Below are positions 18,200 through 28,379 of a stretch of 64,000 nucleotides of DNA, one piece after another. The notes beneath the pieces are model-generated. The model searched no databases, was not told the DNA's origin, and saw only the letters and a program-made list of their open reading frames with translations. This stretch comes from Candidatus Multivoradales bacterium (lineage in GTDB: Bacteria; Acidobacteriota; Thermoanaerobaculia; Multivoradales; JAHEKO01), in the NCBI GenBank assembly GCA_965223855.1, contig CBDCXM010000009.1, positions 1,984,001-2,048,000 on the forward strand, in the 5' to 3' direction. Both the position numbers and the translations under genes were made by a program. Positions within the stretch are counted from its first letter, which is position 1. The number at the start of each line of letters is the position of its first letter.

Positions 18200-19618
18200 T
18201 TGATCTTCAACACGCCCATCTTCTTCGCCTTCTTCATGGCGTTCCTGGCCCTCTACGGCCTGGCCCTCGTCGGGCGTCAGAGACCGAGAGTCCATCTCGT
18301 CCTGGTCGCCAGTCTCGTGTTCTACGGCACCTGGAACTACCGTTTCATCCCACTCCTCGTGGGAAGCGCGGTCGCCGACTACTTCATTGCTCAGCGAATC
18401 GCAGCGACAAAGGTGCCCCGACGAAGGAAGTTCTGGCTCTCGCTCTCCCTGGCAATCAACCTCGGAATCCTCGGCCTCTTCAAGTACGCGGACTTCGTGC
18501 TCGTCTCGGTGGCCGACTTCCTCGCACTCTTCGGGGTCGAGACGAGTTTGCCGACGCTGGCCTGGGTGCTGCCGGTCGGTATCTCCTTCTATACCTTTCA
18601 GAGCCTGAGCTACACGATCGACGTCTATCGCGGCGACATGGAGCCCCGGCGCGGACTCGTCGAGTTCACGGCGGCGCTGGCGTTCTTCCCGCAGCTCGTC
18701 GCCGGCCCCATCCTGCGGGCCAACCAGATCCTGCCGCAGATCCACCGCCTCCCGGTGCCGACCTGGGACGGGGCGAAGCACGGGTTCCTCCTCGTGACCG
18801 CCGGAGTGATCAAGAAGACAGCCGCAGATCTCCTCGCCCTGCCGGTAGCGACGGCCTTCGACAGTTCAGGCAGCGTCAGTCTGCTCGAGACCTGGACGGG
18901 CGTTCTCGCCTTTGCCGGGCAGATCTATGGCGACTTCGCCGGCTACACCGACATGGCGATCGGCATCGGGCTGATTCTGGGCTTCCAGATCCCGCTCAAT
19001 TTCAGGGTGCCCTACTTCGCCGTCTCACCGGTCGACTTCTGGCGGCGCTGGCACATCTCGCTCTCGAGCTGGCTGCGCGACTATCTCTACATATCGCTCG
19101 GGGGCAATCGCGACGGGAGACGACAGCGCAACGTGATGATCACCATGTTGCTGGGCGGTCTGTGGCACGGCGCCGCCTGGACCTTCGTCGTCTGGGGAGC
19201 GTTCCACGGGGTGATCATCTCGGCCTCTCATGCCCTGGCTCGATGGGGACCGCTGCGCTCCTGGAACGCGAGCCGATCGCCCCTCGTCATCCTTGCCAAG
19301 TGGGCACTGACCTTCTACCTGGTGCTTCTGGGCTGGGTGATCTTCCGCGCCCCGAACCTCGCCGGGGCATGGTCGTTGATTCTCGATCTCCACGGTCTGG
19401 GAGTGAGCTATGCCGAACCGGCGAGCACCGCCAAGCGGATCTTCGTCGCTACTGTGGCCGCCGTGGGAGCCATGCACGTCATGGACTACCTGGTCCTCCG
19501 GAAAGCGACCGTGATCGAGCGACGCACCTGGTTGCTCCTGACCCTCGTGGTGCTCGGGCAGGCGCTTTGCCTCCTCATAGGAAAGCCGAGTGATGAGTTC
19601 ATCTACTTCCAGTTCTGA
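18200..19618 (+). CDS. MBOAT O-acyltransferase (AlgI/PatA-like)
   Basis: LPVGISFYTFQ, FFPQLVAGPI, DFWRRWHISLSSWLRDYLYISLGGNR, GGLWHGA, C-terminal FIYFQF. Confidence 0.95.
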   Translation: MIFNTPIFFAFFMAFLALYGLALVGRQRPRVHLVLVASLVFYGTWNYRFIPLLVGSAVADYFIAQRIAATKVPRRRKFWLSLSLAINLGILGLFKYADFVLVSVADFLALFGVETSLPTLAWVLPVGISFYTFQSLSYTIDVYRGDMEPRRGLVEFTAALAFFPQLVAGPILRANQILPQIHRLPVPTWDGAKHGFLLVTAGVIKKTAADLLALPVATAFDSSGSVSLLETWTGVLAFAGQIYGDFAGYTDMAIGIGLILGFQIPLNFRVPYFAVSPVDFWRRWHISLSSWLRDYLYISLGGNRDGRRQRNVMITMLLGGLWHGAAWTFVVWGAFHGVIISASHALARWGPLRSWNASRSPLVILAKWALTFYLVLLGWVIFRAPNLAGAWSLILDLHGLGVSYAEPASTAKRIFVATVAAVGAMHVMDYLVLRKATVIERRTWLLLTLVVLGQALCLLIGKPSDEFIYFQF

Positions 19619-20867
19619 CAGCCGGCCCCGTTCGGCTCGGTCGATCTTCGCGAGGATCTACCTCACTGTGGGACTCGGCATGCTCGTGGCTCTGGCGATG
19701 GTTCGGCTCGTTGCGTCCGCCTACGACTTCCGAAGCGCCACGGTGCTCGATCGCGTCCTTGAGGCGAAGGCAGCGCTGCCGGCGGTGACGGAGCAGGAGG
19801 GCGTCGCCATCTTCTTCGGGTCGTCGATGATGGAGGCCGCGTTCGCGCCGCGGGTGTTCGATCGCGAGATGGCGGCTCGGGGGGCCTGCGTGCGCTCGTA
19901 CAACTTCGGCTTTGGCGGTCTGAACCCCGTCTTTCAGGAAGTCCTGGCGCGGCGGGTGCGGGACGCCTTCGAGGCTCGGGGACGACGTCTACCCCTGGCG
20001 ATTCTCGAGTTCAATCCGTTTCAGGCGACGGAGGTGCGCTGGCAGCGAGCCCAGCCCGTGCTCGACGCCTTTCTCGCCGAGCTGATCACGTCGCGCGAAC
20101 TGTGGGAGATCGGCAAGGAGGATCCGGAGCGCGGCTTCCAGCTGGCGAACATCGTCTACCTCCGCGACAAGGTCTCGGCCGAGATGATCACCCATCGGCT
20201 CGGCGAACCGCTGCGGCCCGGGCGCAAGAAGAGCGAGCTAGCCGTCGATCGCGAGGCGGAGCGCCGGATCGACGAGCTGCGGGAGCGTCTTCGGCTGCTC
20301 GACGAGCGCGATTTCGCCGCTCGCGACGACCGCGAATGGGATCTGGAATGGCAGGGCGGCGAGAGCATCGCCGAAGAGCGCTCGTCCGAGGTCCTGGAGC
20401 TGGCCCAGGCCTTCTACGCGGCGCTGCGCAGCAACCGGCGCATGGACGACGACCGCCTCCGGAGGATCCACACCGCCGACATCGAGGAGCTTCGCTTCTC
20501 GGAGGAGCTCGTAGCGGCATTCGTTCGGATGATCGGGATCTTCCAGAGCTTTGCGGACGAGGTCGACGTCGTGCTGCTGCCGCGAAACACCGACTGGATA
20601 GAGTACACGCCGGCAGGGAGGGAACGCTTACAGGACGTCCTCGAGCGGATCGAGCGCGAGACGCAGGCTGTGGTACGGAACTTCCAGGTAGTCGACGCGG
20701 TGATTCCCGAGATGTTCAGTGACACGACCCACCTGGCTCGGTACTCGGGCGACGAGGTCTTCAGCCGTTTCCTCGCAGAGTTCTATTCGTCCCGCTGGCG
20801 CGAGCTCATGGGTCAGGAGAAGCCTCCCGGAGCTGAGCTACCGGCGGGCCTCTGCGAGTCCGAGTAG
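19593..20867 (+). CDS. SGNH-like periplasmic partner of the MBOAT (AlgJ/DltD-like)
   Basis: N-terminal TM helix, FFGSS, YNFGFGG, FSDTTHL. Overlaps the end of the MBOAT gene. Confidence 0.7.
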   Translation: MSSSTSSSDSRPRSARSIFARIYLTVGLGMLVALAMVRLVASAYDFRSATVLDRVLEAKAALPAVTEQEGVAIFFGSSMMEAAFAPRVFDREMAARGACVRSYNFGFGGLNPVFQEVLARRVRDAFEARGRRLPLAILEFNPFQATEVRWQRAQPVLDAFLAELITSRELWEIGKEDPERGFQLANIVYLRDKVSAEMITHRLGEPLRPGRKKSELAVDREAERRIDELRERLRLLDERDFAARDDREWDLEWQGGESIAEERSSEVLELAQAFYAALRSNRRMDDDRLRRIHTADIEELRFSEELVAAFVRMIGIFQSFADEVDVVLLPRNTDWIEYTPAGRERLQDVLERIERETQAVVRNFQVVDAVIPEMFSDTTHLARYSGDEVFSRFLAEFYSSRWRELMGQEKPPGAELPAGLCESE

Positions 20868-20962
20868 GGTGTCGCCGTTGACCGAGGGCCCTTGCCGACC
20901 GAAGAGCTGTGGTTCCTCGCGATCTCTCCGGCGACGCTCGTCGCCACTGGGGCCGCGGCCGG

Positions 20963-21889
20963 CTAGTTGCCGCCGGCTCGCGATTCGAACCAACTCACGG
21001 TGCGGGAGATGCCCTCGTCGAGAGCCATCGGAGCCGGAAGTGCCAGGTCGGCGCGCAAGGCTGACGCGTCGACCGAGGAGCGACGTTGCTCTCCCGGCTT
21101 GCCGGCGGCATGCTGCGCGGGCCTGTCGAGACCGAGGGCAGCAGCGAGGGCGGCGTAGAGCTCGACGACGGTGGTCTCGATGCCGGTACCGACGTTGTAG
21201 GTGTGGAATCCTTTCCGGCCGAGGGACGCGAGGTTGGCGCTGACGACGTCGGAGACGTGGATGTAGTCACGAGTCTGCAGTCCGTCACCGTTGATAGTGC
21301 ACGTCTCCCCGGCCAGGAGGCGGTTCAGGAAGATGGCGACGACGCCGGCCTCGCCGTGTGGATTCTGGCGCTCGCCGTAGACGTTGGCGTAGCGCAGACA
21401 GGTGGCATCGAGGCCGTGCTCGACGTGAAAATAGTAGAGGTAGCGCTCACCGGCGAGCTTGGCGACACCGTACGGTGACACCGGCCGTAGGGGGTGGTCC
21501 TCCCGCGCGGGGAAGGTCTCCTGCTCGCCGTAGATGGCGCCGCCCGTGGAGGCCAGGATCACTTGACCCACCCCTCCCTCGACAGCGGCCTGCAGGAGAT
21601 TCAAGGTGCCCAGGATGTTCGTTCGGGCGTCGAAGATGGGATCCTCCGTCGAGCGCCGCACGTCCATCTGAGCCGCGTGGTGGAGGATGACGTCGAAGCC
21701 GTCCCTGACGATCGCTGCGGCCTCCTCGCTACCGATGTCTGCGATATGAAGCTGAGTTCCCGCGGGGACGTTTACCCGTCGGCCGCTCGATAGATCGTCG
21801 AGGATCGACACCGAGTGACCCGCAGCGACCGCCTGCTCGGCGACATGTGATCCGATGAAACCGGCACCGCCGGTGACGAGGAGTTTCAT
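20963..21889 (-). CDS. NAD-dependent epimerase (UDP-glucose 4-epimerase-like)
   Basis: VTGGAGFIGSH, STGGAIYG, SPYGVAK, RYANVYGERQ. Confidence 0.9.
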   Translation of the reverse strand: MKLLVTGGAGFIGSHVAEQAVAAGHSVSILDDLSSGRRVNVPAGTQLHIADIGSEEAAAIVRDGFDVILHHAAQMDVRRSTEDPIFDARTNILGTLNLLQAAVEGGVGQVILASTGGAIYGEQETFPAREDHPLRPVSPYGVAKLAGERYLYYFHVEHGLDATCLRYANVYGERQNPHGEAGVVAIFLNRLLAGETCTINGDGLQTRDYIHVSDVVSANLASLGRKGFHTYNVGTGIETTVVELYAALAAALGLDRPAQHAAGKPGEQRRSSVDASALRADLALPAPMALDEGISRTVSWFESRAGGN

Positions 21890-21952
21890 GACGGGAGTTC
21901 CTCTTGTGTGGGGGAAGGGAAGCGGCGCGGATCCGGGGTCGATCAGCGGGCC

Positions 21953-22924
21953 CTAGGCGGCCGCGAAGAGCTCCGAGTAGTGATCGATGCAGGCCGCCAG
22001 TCCAGCGCTGAGAGCGGTCGCCGGCTCGTAGCCGAGAAGTCTCCTGGCGCGATCGAGATCGGCCAGCGAGTGCCGGACGTCGCCCGGGCGCTCGGGAGCA
22101 TGCCCGGGGGGCGGGCCGGCGCCGACGGCATTGCGAACGAGATCCGCCACATGATTGATAGTGGTCCGCTCTCCTCCGGCGACGTTCACCACCGTGTGTC
22201 GCTCGGGGAGATCCACCGTGGCGGCGAGCAGATTGGCTCGCACGGCGTCGTCGACGAAGGTGAAATCGCGGCTCTGCTCGCCGTCTCCATGCACGATCGG
22301 CGGACGCTTCTCGAGGAGGGCGGCGAAGAAGCGTGGAATGACCGCAGCGTAGCTACCCTCCGGGCGCTGGCGTGGGCCGTAGACGTTGAAGTAGCGCAGG
22401 CCTACGAACGTCATGCCGAAACACCGTGCGAAAACCTCGGCCAGCTCTTCGTTCGTCTTCTTCGACAGAGCGTAGGGGGACAGCGGCTTGCCCTCCTCCC
22501 CTTCGAGCTTGGGCAACGCCGGTGAGTCTCCGTAGACGCTCGACGACGAGGCGTAGACGATCCGTGTTACGCCTTGGCTGCGTGCCGCACTGAAGATCCG
22601 TGCGGTTCCGGTGACGTTGACATCGAGGGTGGCGAACGGGTCGCTCATCGAGCGGGGCACGGAACCGAGGGCCGCCTGGTGAAAGACCAGCGAGCAACCC
22701 TCGACCGCGCGGTTGACCGCGTCGCCGTCGCGCAGATCCCCCTCGATGAACTCGATGCGCTCGCGGGCGGCGTCGAGATTCGCCGCCAGCCCCGTGCTCA
22801 GGTCGTCGAGCACCCGGACCTTCGCTTCGGCCGAGACCAGGGCATCGACGAGGTGTGAGCCGATGAAGCCGGCGCCACCGGTCACCAGCACCCGTGCTCC
22901 GGCGAGCCCTCCGATCGAGCTCAA
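21953..22924 (-). CDS. UDP-GlcNAc(A) 4-epimerase (WbpP/TviC-like)
   Basis: HQAALGSVPRS, YASSSSVYG, SPYALSK, LRYFNVYGPRQ..YAAVIP. Confidence 0.9.
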   Translation of the reverse strand: MSSIGGLAGARVLVTGGAGFIGSHLVDALVSAEAKVRVLDDLSTGLAANLDAARERIEFIEGDLRDGDAVNRAVEGCSLVFHQAALGSVPRSMSDPFATLDVNVTGTARIFSAARSQGVTRIVYASSSSVYGDSPALPKLEGEEGKPLSPYALSKKTNEELAEVFARCFGMTFVGLRYFNVYGPRQRPEGSYAAVIPRFFAALLEKRPPIVHGDGEQSRDFTFVDDAVRANLLAATVDLPERHTVVNVAGGERTTINHVADLVRNAVGAGPPPGHAPERPGDVRHSLADLDRARRLLGYEPATALSAGLAACIDHYSELFAAA

Positions 22925-24870
22925 TTCAGCGGCTCCTCGCGAGCATCGAAGCCACTGTCGATCTCGTGGTAGTCCGGTGGCTGTGGGAACCGCGATTCGG
23001 GAATGAGTTCCACGAGGAGGCGGCGAAGCGCTTCGTCGTCGAGGGGGCTGCCCGCGTTCTCGAGATCCGCGACGAGTTCGCGGAATCGCGTCCCTGGCGA
23101 CTGGACGCGCCCGACGAGTACCTTCGGATGGGTCGTCGGAGCGATCTCCTCGCCGGTGAGCTCCAACTCCTCAGTCAGCTTCTCACCCGGCCTCAGACCG
23201 ACGAACTCGATCGTAATGTCCTCGTAGGGGCGATAGCCCGAGAGAGAGATCATGTCTTCGGCGAGTTCGGCGATCCGGATCGGGCGGCCCATATCGAGGA
23301 TCATCACGTCGCCGCTCCTCCCCAGGGTGCTGGCCTCGAGCACGAGCTGGGCCGCCTCCGGAATCGTCATGAAGTACCTCATGGCATCGCGGTGGGTCAC
23401 GGTGACCGGTCCGCCCTCGGCGATCTGTTGCCGGAAGATGGGTACGACTGAGCCCGCCGATCCCATTACGTTGCCGAAGCGCACTGCGACATAGCGGGTC
23501 GAGTCGAACTCCGAGGCGAGGTCCTGGCAGATGAGTTCGGCGATCCGCTTCGAGGCGCCCATGATCGAGCTCGGTCGAACGGCCTTGTCCGTCGAGATCA
23601 GAACGAAGGCCTCGATTCCGAACTCTCCAGCGGCTCGCGCGACGTGGCGCGTGCCGGCGACGTTGTTCTTGATCGCTTCGCCCGGGTTCGACTCCATCAT
23701 TGGTACGTGTTTGTGCGCGGCCGCATGCAGTACGACGTGCGGCCTGAAACGACGGAAGACCTCTGCCACCCGGCCCGCATCGGTCACGTCGCCGACGACG
23801 GGCACGACGTCGAAGCGCGGCTCCTCTGCGAGCACCTCGCGGTGGATGTCGAAGAGAGCCCCCTCGGCTCGCTCGAAGAGAATCAGCTTGCTGGGGCCGA
23901 AGCGCGCCACCTGGCGGCAGAGCTCGCCGCCGATCGAGCCGCCGGCGCCGGTAATGAGGACGCGTCGCCCTGTCAGGAATCGTTCGATCCGATCTCCGCT
24001 GATCTCGACCGGCTCGCGGCCCAGGAGGTCCTCGATCTCGACGTCCCTAAACCGGCTGATCGACACCCTCCCCTGGAGGATCTCGTAGAGGCCCGGGATG
24101 ATGCGGACTCGAAGTCCGGCGCTCTCGCAGGCCTTGACGATCGCCCGGATGACGGCGGCGCGAGCGTTCGCGATGGTGATGACGACCTGGCGAACGTCGT
24201 GCTCGGCGGACAGCTGCTCGAGGTCCGCGAGCGCTCCCAGGACCCGCCGGCCGTGAATCTGGGTGCCGAGCTTGGCTGGGTCGTCGTCCACGAAGCCGAC
24301 GACGTCGAGGCCGGTATCGCCTCGGCCGGTGATCTCCCGCATGACGGCGACGCCGGCACGCCCCGCACCGACCAGAAGAACACGCTCGGCCGAGCCTTCG
24401 CTGTTCGTCTGTCGCTGCTCCCGCTCATAGCGTTCGTACATCGAGCGGCGGAGCACTCGAATCGCCAGCAGGCCGGCGAAGGCGAGTGCGGCATCGAGCA
24501 GGATGATCGAAAGCGGAACGCGCCAGGCGTCATGGCGTTCGGGAAGTCCCAAACGCAGGGCCAGGATCGGGAGAGCGGCCAGAAAAGCGCCACGGGCGAA
24601 GACCCAGATCTCGGCCATCCCAACGTAGCGCCAGACGAAACGGTAGATGCCCGTCAGGAGAATGACGCTGAACTGTGTCAGCAGAACGACCGGCGCCTGA
24701 ACCCACGCGCGCTGCAGCTGATCTTCCGGGATCGAGAAGTCGAAGCGCAGGAGATACGCCAGCGCGAAAGCGGTCAGGAGGACCGCGATGTCGATCAGGT
24801 ACTGCAGCTCCCGCCGGAGATGACGCTCCCAGAAGGGCCTTGGCTGAGTAGGCTCGAAGGTGGGGTCCAT
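22921..24870 (-). CDS. Membrane-bound UDP-GlcNAc 4,6-dehydratase (PglF/WbpM/CapD family)
   Basis: N-terminal TM helices, TGAGGSIGGE, HAAAHKHVP, STDKAV, RFGNV.GS.GSV, GLRPGEKL. Confidence 0.93.
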   Translation of the reverse strand: MDPTFEPTQPRPFWERHLRRELQYLIDIAVLLTAFALAYLLRFDFSIPEDQLQRAWVQAPVVLLTQFSVILLTGIYRFVWRYVGMAEIWVFARGAFLAALPILALRLGLPERHDAWRVPLSIILLDAALAFAGLLAIRVLRRSMYERYEREQRQTNSEGSAERVLLVGAGRAGVAVMREITGRGDTGLDVVGFVDDDPAKLGTQIHGRRVLGALADLEQLSAEHDVRQVVITIANARAAVIRAIVKACESAGLRVRIIPGLYEILQGRVSISRFRDVEIEDLLGREPVEISGDRIERFLTGRRVLITGAGGSIGGELCRQVARFGPSKLILFERAEGALFDIHREVLAEEPRFDVVPVVGDVTDAGRVAEVFRRFRPHVVLHAAAHKHVPMMESNPGEAIKNNVAGTRHVARAAGEFGIEAFVLISTDKAVRPSSIMGASKRIAELICQDLASEFDSTRYVAVRFGNVMGSAGSVVPIFRQQIAEGGPVTVTHRDAMRYFMTIPEAAQLVLEASTLGRSGDVMILDMGRPIRIAELAEDMISLSGYRPYEDITIEFVGLRPGEKLTEELELTGEEIAPTTHPKVLVGRVQSPGTRFRELVADLENAGSPLDDEALRRLLVELIPESRFPQPPDYHEIDSGFDAREEPLN

Positions 24871-24878
24871 GAGGGTCT

Positions 24879-25946
24879 TCAGGTCGCGCGGCGGCGCCAC
24901 CAATCGAGGAACTTCCGACGAGCGTAGACTACCAGCGTTCCCCGCCGGGTAGCCTCCTTCAAGCGGTGCCGTCGGTGCCTTCGCCTCAAGCTCTGTCGAT
25001 AGGACGGGTCGAAGGTGTGGGCGAGGCAGTGCGCGAGCAGCCGCCCCGCGCCGCTCCCGGTCGCGGGCAGACGACCGCTAGCCAGGGAACTCAGCAGAGA
25101 GTAGAGCGCACGGAGATCGTCTCCGGCGATCGAATGGGCGACGAGTTTCTCTACGTCTGAGGGGGGGTGCCATGGTGGCGGTCCCTCGGCCAGATCGATC
25201 AGATCGCCCAGTACGCGGAGAAGCGGATAGGCATTGGGACTCATCACGTGCTGGTCGAACCCATGAGCCAGCGTATGCGCCGTCATGACCGAACGCGACG
25301 GGATCCAGCAGCCCGGCCTGTGCTCGGCGGCTCCGTCGTGATCCCCTACGGCCTCGGCGCGCATCCACTCGCCGCGGTAGCCGACTCCGCGAAGGCGATC
25401 GTGGATGTCGAGGACGCCCCAGCCCGGAGCTCTCAAAGGCAGGAGATGATGCTCGTTGCGTTGACCTGTCGCCGGGGTGAAGCCTTGCGCTTGGAGTAGG
25501 CTCGATAGCGCCACGGCGAAGGTGGTCTCGGCGAGGATGTCGAGGTCGCCGACCTCGCGGCTTCCAGCCTTGGCGAATCCGCCGGCGACGAGCGCGAACC
25601 CTTTGAGAAGGAAGATCCTCTCCCCGGCCTGCGAGGCTAGTTCGGAGAGGGTCTCGACGAGGTCGCCGTAGGCCACGTAGTGGCTCGCCGCCTGCCGTCT
25701 GGCGGCCTCGAACCAGTCGCAAGCGATCGCAGCGTGACGCCAACGCGCGGCGAGGCGGGGAGCGAGCCCGCTCCGTCTTGCCACCTTGTCAACGCCTGGG
25801 GCGGCTTCGGGACTCTCGGCGAGGGGTCCGTAGGCGTGAGCCAGAACCCAGCGCTGGGCCTCCCCTGGAGCCAGTGGCGGTGGATCGAGGCTACGGCTGA
25901 GGGAGCGTCTCAAGCCCACTCCCGTTCCCCCTAGACGTGGGGACAT
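24879..25946 (-). CDS. Nucleotidyltransferase family protein (NTP_transf_5-like)
   Basis: LLKG..R..GDLDIL, LDIH..L. Confidence 0.7.
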   Translation of the reverse strand: MSPRLGGTGVGLRRSLSRSLDPPPLAPGEAQRWVLAHAYGPLAESPEAAPGVDKVARRSGLAPRLAARWRHAAIACDWFEAARRQAASHYVAYGDLVETLSELASQAGERIFLLKGFALVAGGFAKAGSREVGDLDILAETTFAVALSSLLQAQGFTPATGQRNEHHLLPLRAPGWGVLDIHDRLRGVGYRGEWMRAEAVGDHDGAAEHRPGCWIPSRSVMTAHTLAHGFDQHVMSPNAYPLLRVLGDLIDLAEGPPPWHPPSDVEKLVAHSIAGDDLRALYSLLSSLASGRLPATGSGAGRLLAHCLAHTFDPSYRQSLRRRHRRHRLKEATRRGTLVVYARRKFLDWWRRRAT

Positions 25947-27067
25947 TGGGAGCGCACAACGCTCACGACCCGCTCGAGATCCTCCGAGGAGAGACTCGAG
26001 CCGCTCGGCAGGCAGAGGCCTTGCTCGAAGAGCCGGCGCGAGACGTCACCTCCCCGCACGCGGCAGCCAGCGAAGACCGGTTGCAGGTGCATGGGCTTCC
26101 AAACCGGCCGCGACTCGATATTCTCGGCCTCGAGAGCAAGGCGGACCGCCTCGCGATCGGCACCGAAGGCTCGCGGGTCGATGGTCAGGCAGGTCAGCCA
26201 GCGCGTGGCGGTGCCGAAGTCGGCTTCCGGCATGAACCTAAGTCCCGGAAGATCGCTCAGCCGCTCGTCGTAGATCGAAAAATTGCGGCGTCGGGCAGCC
26301 ACGCGATCGTCGAGAACTTCGAGTTGCGCGCGGCCCACGGCCGCCAGCAGGTTCGACAGTCGGTAGTTGTAGCCCACGACCGAATGCTCGTAGTGCGGCG
26401 CCGAGTCTCGCGCCTGGCTGGCCAGGAAGCGTGCCCGCGCGATGCCCTCTTCGTCGTCGCTGACGAGCATGCCGCCGCCGGAGGTCGTGAGAATCTTGTT
26501 GCCGTTGAAGGAGAAGGCGCCGAACCGACCGAAACGCCCGACGGATACTCCGTGGTAGGTGGCGCCCAGGGCTTCGGCCGCGTCCTCGACGATGGGGATC
26601 TGCCATGGCGCGCAGGCCTCGCGGATGGCCTCGTGGTCGGCGCTCTGACCATAGAGGTCGACGGTGAGGACTGCGGCCGGCATCCCATTCCGCGCGGCGC
26701 AAGCCTCGAGCTCTCGACGCAACAGCTCCGGGTCGAGGTTCCACGTCGTGGGATCGGCGTCGATGAAGACCGGCTTCGCTCCCAGGTACGTGATCGCGTT
26801 GGCGCTCGCAGCAAACGTGAGGTCCGAGCAGAGGACCTCGTCTCCCGGACCGACGCCCAGGATCTCGAGAGCGAGATGGAGCGCTGCAGTGCCCGAGGAG
26901 AGTGCCGCGGCGTGGTCGACGCCCACCCGCGCCGCGAACTCGCGTTCGAAGGCGTCGACCTCGGGACCGAGGGGAGCGATCCAGTTGGAGGCGATCGTCT
27001 CTTCCAGACGAACCAGCTCGCCGCCGCTCAGGTGGGGCGGTGAGAGATAGACCCTCTTCGCGGTCAT
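25931..27067 (-). CDS. DegT-family PLP aminotransferase (PglE/EpsN-like)
   Basis: YLSPPH, NWIAPLGP, EDAAEALG, SFNGNKILTTSGGG, GLCLPSG. Confidence 0.93.
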   Translation of the reverse strand: MTAKRVYLSPPHLSGGELVRLEETIASNWIAPLGPEVDAFEREFAARVGVDHAAALSSGTAALHLALEILGVGPGDEVLCSDLTFAASANAITYLGAKPVFIDADPTTWNLDPELLRRELEACAARNGMPAAVLTVDLYGQSADHEAIREACAPWQIPIVEDAAEALGATYHGVSVGRFGRFGAFSFNGNKILTTSGGGMLVSDDEEGIARARFLASQARDSAPHYEHSVVGYNYRLSNLLAAVGRAQLEVLDDRVAARRRNFSIYDERLSDLPGLRFMPEADFGTATRWLTCLTIDPRAFGADREAVRLALEAENIESRPVWKPMHLQPVFAGCRVRGGDVSRRLFEQGLCLPSGSSLSSEDLERVVSVVRSQCPHV

Positions 27068-27729
27068 GACGGGGGCGCGCTCCGTTCGAGGGGCCTCGCC
27101 GGGACGCCCGCCACGGTCGTTGTCGCTGGCACGTCTCGGGTCACGACGGCTCCCGCGCCGACGACGGCCTCGGCCCCCACCTTCAGGTACTGGACGATCG
27201 TGGCGTTCGAGCCGACCAGCACCGCTTCGCCCAGTTCGACTCCTCCCGAGACGACGGCACGCGGATTGAGCGTGCCGAAGGCGCCGATCCTGGCTTCATG
27301 GCCGAGGGTGACGCCGACGCCTACGAGCGCGAATGGGCCGATCTCGAGATGGACCGTACCGGTGGCGCCCGCCGCGACGATCGCGCCCTCGCCAATCCTC
27401 ACCGTCTTCGGATCGAAGGTCGCTGTGGGGTGGACGAGGGTCGGGAAGGAGACCTCGGGCAGCATCGCGCGCACCGCGGAGGCGACGCGACGCCGCGCCT
27501 GGGGTGAACCGATCGCGATGACGACGCCGTCGATGTCGGTCTGGTGTCGCGTGAGCCAGTCGACGTCACCGACGACCAGCTCGTCGCTGTCGGTCGGACC
27601 CAGAGCGCCGAGATCGGAGACGACATGACCGAGGACTTCGTAGCGGGGCGAGTCCTCGTTGAGATCGTCGAGGAGCCACCGGAGCTCCCGCGCGACGCCA
27701 CCGGCGCCGATGATGATCAAGCGTTCCAT
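27064..27729 (-). CDS. PglD/NeuD-family sugar acetyltransferase
   Basis: IIGAGG, IAIG, hexapeptide repeats, GAGAVVTRDV..GVPAR. Confidence 0.9.
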   Translation of the reverse strand: MERLIIIGAGGVARELRWLLDDLNEDSPRYEVLGHVVSDLGALGPTDSDELVVGDVDWLTRHQTDIDGVVIAIGSPQARRRVASAVRAMLPEVSFPTLVHPTATFDPKTVRIGEGAIVAAGATGTVHLEIGPFALVGVGVTLGHEARIGAFGTLNPRAVVSGGVELGEAVLVGSNATIVQYLKVGAEAVVGAGAVVTRDVPATTTVAGVPARPLERSAPPS

Positions 27730-28379
27730 GGTCCACCGTCGTCCTGTTGGGTTCCTCGGAACCTGGGCATCGTCGAATGACCGCTTGCCGATACCCCCCT
27801 ACCGGTCAGGACCACGCCTGCGGTGCGCAGCAGGATTCTCAAATCGAGAGCCGGCCCCAGGCGCTCGACGTACCGGACGTCCAATTCTAGCTTCTCGTCC
27901 CACTCGATGGCGTTGCGACCGTTGACTTGAGCCCATCCCGTGATGCCGGGCCGGATTTCGTGCCGCCGTCGCTGCCGAGCGTCGTAGCGCGGGAGGTACT
28001 CGGGCAAGAGGGGTCTCGGTCCAACCAGACTCATGTCTCCGGTGAGTACGTTCCAGAGCTCGGGTAACTCGTCCAGACTGGTGCGCCGCAGCCAGCCCCC
28101 GAAACGGGTGAGGCGCCGGTCGTCCGGGAGCGGCGCTCCGGCTCGGTCCCGGGCGTCGGTCATCGTCCTGAACTTGCGCAGGAGAAACAGCCGCTCGTCC
28201 TTGCCGGGGCGGGTCTGCGAAAAAAGGACCGGCCGCCCGAGCGACAGGGCGACGGCCAGGGCCACGAGAAGCCCTAGCGGAAGGGCGACAGGAGCGAGGA
28301 GGACCAGGAGCGTCAGATCGAGCGCCCGCTTCCCACCCCGGCGGTACCAGCTCGCGCGGCTCGTTGGTGTGCCGCTCAC
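27717..28379 (-). CDS. Initiating phosphoglycosyl transferase (PglC/EpsL-like)
   Basis: KRALD, KFRTM, SLDELP, GDMSLVGPRP, PGITGWAQVNGR. Confidence 0.94.
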   Translation of the reverse strand: MSGTPTSRASWYRRGGKRALDLTLLVLLAPVALPLGLLVALAVALSLGRPVLFSQTRPGKDERLFLLRKFRTMTDARDRAGAPLPDDRRLTRFGGWLRRTSLDELPELWNVLTGDMSLVGPRPLLPEYLPRYDARQRRRHEIRPGITGWAQVNGRNAIEWDEKLELDVRYVERLGPALDLRILLRTAGVVLTGRGVSASGHSTMPRFRGTQQDDGGPWNA

